A program made the translations under genes and the position numbers. This document shows, piece after piece, positions 39,301 to 46,501 of a DNA stretch of 64,000 nucleotides. The stretch comes from Ignavibacteria bacterium. GTDB taxonomy: Bacteria; Bacteroidota; Ignavibacteria; OLB7. The notes below the pieces were generated by a model. It searched no databases, was not told the DNA's origin, and was given only the letters and a program-made list of their open reading frames with translations. Positions within the stretch are counted from its first letter, which is position 1. Each line of letters opens with the position of its first letter. The stretch spans positions 22,059 to 86,058 of the forward strand of contig JACKAE010000001.1 in the NCBI GenBank assembly GCA_020635205.1, given 5' to 3'.

Positions 39301-39434
39301 CGGAGACTTTGCTCCGCAAGGGATTTGAAGTTCTTCCGGGGGATGAGGAGATTAGCGAGATGTTGCGCCAAGCCTTGATCGCCTCCGGTAATCGCGTAGA
39401 AGCCGAGCGGGTGAAGATGGGAATGAGTTCGTAA
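36324..39434 (+). CDS. STAND-family regulator copy 2: Walker-B/TPR body fused in frame to a C-terminal SARP-like wHTH + BTAD domain. The Walker A is missing and the start is a non-ATG TTG codon.
   Basis: Collinear homologue of copy 1 from 'VHAKLYPE' onward, with Walker B 'VIVLEDLHLL'. Intact C-terminal 'IRISMLGTIRVAMPSEQLVPVRGVRIRTLLGLMVAD...VVRLREILG' and BTAD 'AETLLRKGFEVLPGDEEISEMLRQALIASGNRVEAERV'. Confidence 0.65.
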   Translation: MYPEAANDLAKLLAGALWNSKEIRKLLGSQPNESVPAILAALRRLSRLRPTVIVLEDLHLLTVEAIPDLASLLGSLSDETLSLIALARPVQLQARGLLENYLTETVEMKGLEQPDIVELWSQLFGAPAKAKEISLLEKITFGNGLALRSALRAALQSGTVQQRGASGTWRLTASIVEFENILRQSVSLVVEGLVAGLTPEMRDNLACIALLGEVFARETAERVIGSGEQLNVLLETDLLITAGHLIPPIPGLPISKVETSWPASQLPLIAFTHSLLHNYLVTKSDVDVDLLSAVVAENLPLYSLLPFRLLRSAPISPHFSGEVLATAITRCFAVAQIIDRTSNWKESYESVWLTAEYLVPSLEGRVANEEYRSRHIMEKTVKLSLLRREITSEKWRKALDAAMQVTEDIRDGNEARGRLMACSQWHEWHSRHNYQHSLEVQQMVKPLLQIYPLLRYDVIYIYYLDGLASAAERIGDMETLRAIQEMAKELFNDISTPPESRTIIIRRLLKYLLQTYSSEEEIEECWRTIEQIEEEIDEEDPYYGVAKSFFLEAIGMYKEAADLSERVSKQCRDRGVWLNALLCEATRGICRAACGEPVEELKNRAKKIFAEGKEHEVPQTLAESLANQLYHVNLYRGEPNVAEIYAEFGISTEDLSTQHIGVQGIWDEKREVAVSIIGTDINNYIEIPNDVWKIWSEYLQDPSLQQREQLHSLLQLPILRTQDMLKVVGTLHIWLIGEDIQELKNDLPSFTTALDSVRRGLAWLEKRNCTAYMLPLIEFLKRFGEESEGEEWERQVREGAIPQKEEVVAEGAPEKIRISMLGTIRVAMPSEQLVPVRGVRIRTLLGLMVADKLLARPLSTDEFLRLAGGDDPDPEHARKKKNMGVVRLREILGRDAILTDQETPSLNEDLVEVDLIQGDKKIREALEAVSEGALVRALPLVQEVLEVIGGEVPFPTLYDDFFEAVRGDFEHRLRRAVIETARGLSDGGDVGSAETLLRKGFEVLPGDEEISEMLRQALIASGNRVEAERVKMGMSS

Positions 39435-39524
39435 CCCCACCTCACCTTCACCCACTCGATGACGTATATCACATTCACACGCAGCCACATACGGTAGCCG
39501 TAAGGCTCCCAACTCCCCCCTTTC

Positions 39525-42500
39525 CTACTTACACGTCTTTGTCGTATCCTGAACATCCGGTACTGGCAACTTCTGTGAAAAGATTAGGTGATCGTTCACT
39601 GGGGCGCGCAGTAGTTCAAACACCTTCTGCGCAATGCGTGCACTTCCAGTCTCGAATTCCTGCTCAGTTACATAGCTTTTGCTGTGCAGTGTGTTATCGA
39701 ACTCGGAGTAGGTGGCAATCCCTCCAATCTGGCTGACTTTCGTCACGAGTATGTCGGTTCTGTCGGCACTGTAGAGGTTAGTGAAACCGAACTCGGCTGC
39801 CTCTGCTGCAAACTGTGTAAAGAGTGCCCCAAAGAATTCCGAAGGGTTTACAATCCCTGGGTCTCCAGTCGCTAAGTCGATCTTCACCAGATTCTTGGCA
39901 GTCTCTAACAGGAAGGAACCAAACTTTGTGAAGGAGAATGGTTCGATCCGCGTATCCTTAATCCACCCAACAACAGTGTGAGTGGGAACAGGAGTTTCTC
40001 CCAGTCCTTTTAGATCTTCGCTCTCGGGACACATTGCATCAATTGCCCCCGATTCAATGTCGACACCACTTTTTCTTGCTATGTCCCGAAGAACTCCGCG
40101 CACTAATGATTTATCCCGAATCTTTACTAAAAGCGCGCAGAGAGGAGAACCCCAGTGTGGTGTTCCGATAGTAATTAGTTTGTGAAAATTCCCCTGGCCA
40201 AAGTTCTCGGGAAGATAGTATGTCTGCCCGTTGTAGTCTGCTACGTGTTGGCGGGCAGCTAATCCCCCCATGCTGTGAGCCACTACAGAGACTTGTGAGG
40301 TTGAAATCCGGTTGCGATCTCTCCTGTTTTTGAGCACTTCCCGAACCTTTGCACCGACTGTTTCCCCTGAGACCGTGAAGCTCTTGGCTGCGTCGGCGGA
40401 ATAATCTACCCGGTGGATATCGAAACCAGGATAGGGACCGGTAAAGACAGACCTCCAAGTTCCCGGTCCTGACCACATGCCGTGAACTAAAAGTACTGGT
40501 GGGTGAGTGACCGTGATCGCCTCCGTTGCGCTCAACGTCTGCGATCCATTTGCGTAAGTGGCATATATCTGCACTCTATTCTCGTCTTGTCCCGACAGGT
40601 CGCTTGGTGCTCTGATAAGTGATAGGGCGTAGTAGCTTCCGTTCGATTCATAGATGGGAGAGGTTCCCTTCGTTCCTGTGAATGTTCCCGGTAGTTCGGT
40701 AGTCAAGTTTGTGGTAAGGGCAATTGTCGATAAGCCAGTAATACTAAAGTTTACGTTCCCACCGGGGTTGCTGGTGAAGCCGAGAAACCGTACCCTCACC
40801 AAGAGCAGGTTATCGCCATCGGCAGTCATGCCAACACGTTGCGCTCCCCCGTAGCCGAGGTTGTCGTGATTCGGTCCCCCGTCGGCTATTGAGACCTTAT
40901 AGCTTTTTCGTCCGTCGGGACGTGTAATCTGGCTGGTGGTAACGAATTGCGGATCATTCAGGTCAACAATCTCCATTGCCAACTGTCCGGCTGTCTCAGT
41001 AAATATGTGAACTGGTGGTGGGCAACTCGGGTTGCTCTGCGTCGGTTCAATTTCTGCCCGCACTAAGTACTTTCCCTCTCTCTCCCCAAGTGTCATTTCT
41101 ACCGAAGCGACGGCATCATCCCCATCTTCCTGCAACGCCATCTGAAGTGTGGTGGCTTTCACTCCCCGTCTGTCAGCGATTGACGCGCCATCAACTCCGG
41201 GAGTATCCATAATGGTGAATCGGACAGTACCACACGTTGGAGCGAAGTGTTCGATTCGTACGCCAAGTCTCTTCGGTAAGCGTTGCGTAGCTATTGCCGT
41301 CTGATAATCTCCCCCGAACATCTCTTCATCGGAGAACATGCCGAAGCGTGCTTCTGGAATGCGCAAGTTCCCGACAGATGATCCAACTGCAACAGTCGCT
41401 CCGGTTGTAAACTCAAGCTCAGATGCCGGGATCGAGTCGCTGTAGTGGTTGCAGGGGCAAGCACCCGGTTGCAGGACAAAGCGGATGTAGAAGTTTGCCC
41501 CATCCGTAGGGGAGATAGAGATCGGTGTTGTCCAATAGGTCTCGATCGATGGGTTAATCAAGTTAGAGGTGAAGAGAAGTTTATCGGCAGAGGATGACCT
41601 GCCATCTTTGTCAACATCGTGGAAAAGTTGAATCTCCCTAATGTCGTCGAGGCTGCCGGAGAGGGCATTCAGATAGACTGTTAATCCCTTCAACTCAACA
41701 GAGGTTCCCTCCCCCGCGCCACATCCACCAGAGAGTGCGTTCACTGTAAAGCGGTCGACTATTGGGGGTTCCGTTAACTCCCAGTCGAGCAAGGTTGTCT
41801 CCTTCCCAATATGGTTCAGGATAGCTGTCCCGGCTGAGCTACTTGCCGGGGCGTGTACTCGGTAGGTAGCGGTATTCCACCCTGAAATAGTTCCCGATAG
41901 AAACGCAGCGAGTCCATTCGAGTATTCCAAACCACCATTGTATCCTACCTTCTGATCGATAATAAAGAAGGGGAGTGTTGAGCCAGATGTGAAGAGACCT
42001 GTTCGTCCTGTTGGGGCAAAGAGGCGCATATCTTTTTTCTCACCGGCAATTGACATCGTAGCAACCGAACATTTCACCTCGTTCATAGTGTAGAGAACGT
42101 TGAGTCCGTCAAATTCAACGTCGCCGAACTGTTCCCAGTAGAGCTTTCCACTCTCTCCATTTTCTGGAGGACCGGAGTTCGTTACCAGAGGGGAAATATG
42201 TCCAGAGCGATATTGCATGATGAACTCTTCTCGGCTCTCTTTTTCACGGTAGGTTGCCCAGATGAGGTGGCCGGAGTAGAGCCTCAGGCTCTGCATCCGA
42301 AGTGGGGCAGGGCCGTAGATGGTTGATGCCGATGTGCCGTCGTAATATCCGATCAATCCTTCCTTGAACTCGACGGGCAGTCCGGGTGTTCTCGCTACTA
42401 CTTCGCTTGGAGGATAGTACTGCCAGGCTGCCTCCGATCCACAAGAGACGAGAAATGGACCGGCAAACTGACCGACCAAGAAAGACTTTGCAGGGGGTAT

Positions 42501-43244
42501 CCAGGCGCGAAAGGTTGCCACTCTTTCTGGAGCTTTCGTGAATGGAGCTTCTGCTTTGAATATGGTGATCTCTCCTTCCACGCCATCTTTTATCGTCTTC
42601 TTGTGCATCCAGAACAAGTTCTTTCCATCGAACTGATATTGGCGTACCATGGCAAATCGAGGGTTAGATAGGTGTTCGTCGTCAACGTTCACATTCTCCT
42701 CTATGCTTCGGTTTACCTGTTGAACAGCTTTAGAGGTATGGTTGTAGGCAAAGATGTTCCCTTCCTGATCTCTATAGATTACGTAGCCTCCTTCGGCTCG
42801 AACAAATCCAACCTTCACTCCCTCCTTTGCTGTAGTTAGCGTAGGAGCATTCTTCACGCTCGAATTGTTGCTGACTTGCGTCTGCGTTTTTCCGTCGTAG
42901 TAGAAGACTTCGCTTCTTCCGCTTTCCTGTGTTACGTAGGCAACATTACCCTCAGCATCCATATCGGGCCAACCGCTAAAGAGTATCCGTGCCTCGGTTG
43001 CCACCCGGGTTGTGTTTCCTGTTCTACTGTCGTACACCTCAAGTGTCACAGTTGGATTTGTGATCGTGGCAGTTGACGACGTGTAGACTACCAACACTCT
43101 CCCATTTTTTGTGATCGGTCGCGACGCAGTGCCGGGAGTGTTAATCGGGTGGAATTGAGCAAAGAGCGTTGGAACGCTGAGAAGAAGAGCCAACAAGAGG
43201 TTCAGGAGAAAAACACCTAACGAGCGGAAAACTGTGCTGTTCAT
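39525..43244 (-). CDS. Large (1239 aa) secreted multidomain protein with a C-terminal alpha/beta-hydrolase lipase/esterase domain.
   Basis: Signal 'MNSTVFRSLGVFLLNLLLALLLSVPTLFAQ'. C-terminal 'PVLLVHGMWSGPGTWRSV' and the nucleophile elbow 'VVAHSMGGLAARQH', identical to the Bacillus LipA 'AHSMGG' motif. No T9SS tail. Confidence 0.7.
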   Translation of the reverse strand: MNSTVFRSLGVFLLNLLLALLLSVPTLFAQFHPINTPGTASRPITKNGRVLVVYTSSTATITNPTVTLEVYDSRTGNTTRVATEARILFSGWPDMDAEGNVAYVTQESGRSEVFYYDGKTQTQVSNNSSVKNAPTLTTAKEGVKVGFVRAEGGYVIYRDQEGNIFAYNHTSKAVQQVNRSIEENVNVDDEHLSNPRFAMVRQYQFDGKNLFWMHKKTIKDGVEGEITIFKAEAPFTKAPERVATFRAWIPPAKSFLVGQFAGPFLVSCGSEAAWQYYPPSEVVARTPGLPVEFKEGLIGYYDGTSASTIYGPAPLRMQSLRLYSGHLIWATYREKESREEFIMQYRSGHISPLVTNSGPPENGESGKLYWEQFGDVEFDGLNVLYTMNEVKCSVATMSIAGEKKDMRLFAPTGRTGLFTSGSTLPFFIIDQKVGYNGGLEYSNGLAAFLSGTISGWNTATYRVHAPASSSAGTAILNHIGKETTLLDWELTEPPIVDRFTVNALSGGCGAGEGTSVELKGLTVYLNALSGSLDDIREIQLFHDVDKDGRSSSADKLLFTSNLINPSIETYWTTPISISPTDGANFYIRFVLQPGACPCNHYSDSIPASELEFTTGATVAVGSSVGNLRIPEARFGMFSDEEMFGGDYQTAIATQRLPKRLGVRIEHFAPTCGTVRFTIMDTPGVDGASIADRRGVKATTLQMALQEDGDDAVASVEMTLGEREGKYLVRAEIEPTQSNPSCPPPVHIFTETAGQLAMEIVDLNDPQFVTTSQITRPDGRKSYKVSIADGGPNHDNLGYGGAQRVGMTADGDNLLLVRVRFLGFTSNPGGNVNFSITGLSTIALTTNLTTELPGTFTGTKGTSPIYESNGSYYALSLIRAPSDLSGQDENRVQIYATYANGSQTLSATEAITVTHPPVLLVHGMWSGPGTWRSVFTGPYPGFDIHRVDYSADAAKSFTVSGETVGAKVREVLKNRRDRNRISTSQVSVVAHSMGGLAARQHVADYNGQTYYLPENFGQGNFHKLITIGTPHWGSPLCALLVKIRDKSLVRGVLRDIARKSGVDIESGAIDAMCPESEDLKGLGETPVPTHTVVGWIKDTRIEPFSFTKFGSFLLETAKNLVKIDLATGDPGIVNPSEFFGALFTQFAAEAAEFGFTNLYSADRTDILVTKVSQIGGIATYSEFDNTLHSKSYVTEQEFETGSARIAQKVFELLRAPVNDHLIFSQKLPVPDVQDTTKTCK

Positions 43245-43504
43245 GGCGCAATTGAATTATGGTTTCGATGTAGAGTAGAGAAACCGATCGTGCTCCGGCA
43301 GCAATCGCCTGTTCTGCACTATCTGATAGGAATGAAGTTATAGTGAACTGTAGAGGATACAAAGCACAGATTCCCAATTTGTGATGGAACAGAAGGGAGG
43401 TAAAGTGGTAGCAACCGGGAATAGAGGGGTGGGTGCAGGTAGATCAGCACAACAGTGAAGAGGTGGAAAAGAGAGACTCTCTTTTCCACTCTGCGGATCC
43501 TTCA

Positions 43505-43655
43505 GAACACCCCGATAATAATCTTTGCCGAATGAGTTGAGTACTATGATGCTGTGATCTCAACTCATAGTAACTCTCGACTTTTAGTCGGGAGGATTGA
43601 TCTTTTGCTGCTGTGGTTCTATTGCCCCCCGATGAATCGGGGTGTTAACAGGAGT
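43505..43655. repeat. MITE-like dispersed repeat, copy E. Rearranged copy of the 2715/16990/17213 family.
   Basis: 'GTAACTCTCGACTTTTAGTCGGGAGG' and 'CCCCCCGATGAATCGGGGTGTTAAC' hairpins. Lies between the lipase gene start and the downstream operon. Confidence 0.7.
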
Positions 43656-43794
43656 TCGTGTTCTCCTGCTTATAACTGTTCAAGAGTGCTAATCGAGGCA
43701 CTAATGTGAACCAGTGATTACTTGGTGCATTGTTCAAACTTCACCTATAGCAGGCTTCACGCACTCATTCTATAAAAAGAGTGAGAAGCAGTGT

Positions 43795-44292
43795 TTATCC
43801 TCTTTTCGCAAACACGTCTACAAATCCTCCACCATCTTTCTCCACCCACGATTCCACGTGAATGGTGAGCCGGTGTTGAGGAATGTTCCATGAACGGAAG
43901 ATAGGTGAGTGTTCACGTGCTTCGCTGGCAGTGTCAGAGGTGAGGTTGAAGGGGGGAGGAATTAATTCGATGATTGTCGACCCCTCTGGCACAAGTTTGA
44001 AGTCGATAATTACTCCATCTCGAACTTCTGCCATTAGGTCGATCAACGGTTCTACAAAGGTGTAGACTACAATAGTTGCCTTCTCTTCCAAATCGTCCGG
44101 TACGTCAATCTGCATATGTTCCCAGCGATGTGAAACGCGGTTCCGTCGCTCTGCATCCTGCCGGACGATGTCGTGTTGTGTCGGTAGTTGTTTGTCGGTC
44201 ATTGTGCCCTTTCTCGTTGGACGTTTGGTAGGTTCGATGAAATCAGATCGGGTTAGATTTCTATCGAACAAAAATTTCTCCGCTCCGCTCAA
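43795..44292 (-). CDS. Hypothetical cytoplasmic protein. Last gene of the minus-strand operon. An alternative start at the internal Met of 'MTDKQL' (nt 44202, giving 43795..44202) would avoid overlapping the upstream gene.
   Basis: ORF of 165 aa with no signal peptide and no recognisable motif. The 5' end overlaps the upstream gene by 32 nt. Confidence 0.4.
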   Translation of the reverse strand: MSGAEKFLFDRNLTRSDFIEPTKRPTRKGTMTDKQLPTQHDIVRQDAERRNRVSHRWEHMQIDVPDDLEEKATIVVYTFVEPLIDLMAEVRDGVIIDFKLVPEGSTIIELIPPPFNLTSDTASEAREHSPIFRSWNIPQHRLTIHVESWVEKDGGGFVDVFAKRG

Positions 44293-46414
44293 TCATTGAC
44301 TCTCCACCATCCTCGGTCACTACTTTGATGCCGTAGCGGTAGCGAGACCCGGTGAAGATGTCCCGGTCAACATACTCTGTCGCCTTCCCCTCAACGGCAC
44401 TCACCAAAGCGAGCTTCCCATCATCCACACTCTTGTAGAGCATCACCTGCACGTCGGTTGAGATCAAGCCGCTCCAGCGCAAGACAATCCCGCCTGCTGT
44501 TGAGTCGTAGGTAGCATTCACTGCCGTTACGCCGGCTCGCACGCCGTTGTCGTAAGGGCGGGCGGTTACGATATTGGAAAGACTGGAGCGATTGCCGTCG
44601 TCGTCGAGTGCGTCGAGCGCATATTCGTAGAGGATGCCCCGCTCGGCTGTGGAATCAGAGTAATCGAGAAGTGCCGGGTCTGCGCTGCTGAACAACGTTT
44701 CCCACTCGGTTCCCCCCGCAACACGACGGTAGAGTGCGTGCTCCATCGCATCCCCACTCGGACTGCGATACCAACGGATCGCCACGCCCCGATCGCCCGG
44801 CGCCACGCCAATGATAGCCGGTGCGACCGGAGCGATGACGTCCGGTTTCTTTAGTTTCAATGTTTGGGTAAAGTTCGAGTGGTTGAAATTCCAGTCGAGT
44901 GCAGTCACTTTATAGTAAATATCTTCGCTCAAGGTTTGGAGCGTCAGCGTATCCTTAAAGATCGTGTCGGTGGTGATCTTCGTGGTTAGCTGTTGGAACT
45001 CGTGATCTTCTTGGTTTGCGAAGAAGACCCGGTATCCCTGCAAATCGTTCTCTTCGTTTGGTGACCAAGTAAGCGTCACCACACCGTTCGAGTCGATAGT
45101 TCCGGCAAGCCCTTGCGGGATCATCGGAGCAATCGAGTCGGGAAGGATTCCGAGTACAGGACTTGAGTTCCGCAAGTTCCCCGCCGTATCGATTGCGCCC
45201 ACAACGTAGTAGCCGGGGAGGAGTGTGTCAACACCGTAGTGTGTAAACTCTCTCGCATCGAGTGGAAGGTAGTCACTAATGGCTTCAAACGGCCCTTCTG
45301 TTCCACCACCACGTCCGATCACGAAGCCATCAAGATCACTTTCCATATCGTGCGGCAGCTCCCACTGAATCTTGATGCCGTTCCCCTCAACAACTTCTGG
45401 GAGAGAAATCAACGGTGCTTTCGGTGGAGTCATGTCGCGACCCATTGCCGTGATCTCTTTTCCACTGGGCGAACTGTCGCCGAAGGGGTCAATGCCAACA
45501 ACCCGATAGGTAATCGGCTCGTAGTTCCGTTCAAGTTCGATGCGGTACTCAATCGTGTCGAAATTCCCTTCGCTTGCGTCGTCGATCTCTCCATTGTTTA
45601 CTGGGATGAAGGGAATCTCCTTCAGGCGCTTGAAGTTCGGTCCTCCATCTGTTGAACGTTCGATATAGTAACCAGTGAAAGGAGTTGAGTGCTCGAAACG
45701 ATACCACTTCAACACAACTAACTTCTCCCCTTCGGAGGCTGTCAGAGTCTCTATTGTTGGGACGTTCTCCCGTGGGACAACGCCGAGTGCAACTACTGCG
45801 GTGTCAACAGGTTGGTTCGGGTCGTTTGCTAAGGAGTAGAGCCGATAGAGGTAGGCTTTCCCGGGGACGACATCGCGGTCAACATATCGTAGCCCATATC
45901 CGTTGGCGAGGCGTGGGGCAATATCGGCCAAGACCATCGCGAAGCCGTGCATACTCTGCTGTTGCAGATAGGTCTCGTAGATGCTTCCGAACGGATCGGT
46001 CTCCGTCACAATTGCCGAGCCGTAGAGGGTCTGCACTGCTGCCCCAGCAAGTGTATCTTCGGGTCGGTACTGAGACTTCCACTCATCGATAGTCAGTGGG
46101 CGAATCGGTGAAGCGTTCAGTCGTTTCCAGTTCGGTTTCTCCGGCATTGTCTCCGTTAGCTCCATACGCTCGAGAACAAATCCTCCGCGACCGGCAGTCT
46201 GCCATGCTGTATAGGTGGTTGCACCCCACCGAAGGACAACAGAGTCACCGTACGACCGAGCTAAAATTTGGAGATTTGGCCCAGTAGCTGAATCTGTTTC
46301 GTCGAGGACGCTCTCTCGGTCGAATGGATATTCTCCATCTGCTCCTTCATCTTGTGCCAAGATGGGAGTTGCTATAAGCAACAGCGCGAGTATCAACAAA
46401 GAAATTCCGTTCAT
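44261..46414 (-). CDS. Secreted multi-fibronectin-type-III-domain protein, 717 aa.
   Basis: Signal 'MNGISLLILALLLIATPILAQ'. Several Fn3-like repeats ('YLYRLYSLAND', 'YYKVTALDWNFNHS', 'YEYALDALDDDGNRSS', 'YRYGIKVVTEDGG'). Confidence 0.6.
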   Translation of the reverse strand: MNGISLLILALLLIATPILAQDEGADGEYPFDRESVLDETDSATGPNLQILARSYGDSVVLRWGATTYTAWQTAGRGGFVLERMELTETMPEKPNWKRLNASPIRPLTIDEWKSQYRPEDTLAGAAVQTLYGSAIVTETDPFGSIYETYLQQQSMHGFAMVLADIAPRLANGYGLRYVDRDVVPGKAYLYRLYSLANDPNQPVDTAVVALGVVPRENVPTIETLTASEGEKLVVLKWYRFEHSTPFTGYYIERSTDGGPNFKRLKEIPFIPVNNGEIDDASEGNFDTIEYRIELERNYEPITYRVVGIDPFGDSSPSGKEITAMGRDMTPPKAPLISLPEVVEGNGIKIQWELPHDMESDLDGFVIGRGGGTEGPFEAISDYLPLDAREFTHYGVDTLLPGYYVVGAIDTAGNLRNSSPVLGILPDSIAPMIPQGLAGTIDSNGVVTLTWSPNEENDLQGYRVFFANQEDHEFQQLTTKITTDTIFKDTLTLQTLSEDIYYKVTALDWNFNHSNFTQTLKLKKPDVIAPVAPAIIGVAPGDRGVAIRWYRSPSGDAMEHALYRRVAGGTEWETLFSSADPALLDYSDSTAERGILYEYALDALDDDGNRSSLSNIVTARPYDNGVRAGVTAVNATYDSTAGGIVLRWSGLISTDVQVMLYKSVDDGKLALVSAVEGKATEYVDRDIFTGSRYRYGIKVVTEDGGESMIERSGEIFVR

Positions 46415-46501
46415 GATATTCTATCGTCTGATATTGTATGAGTTCTAATGTTCTGGCCTATCGGGCGCAGGCGTTTAGCCTGCGCCCACTGAAGGCAATG
46501 G

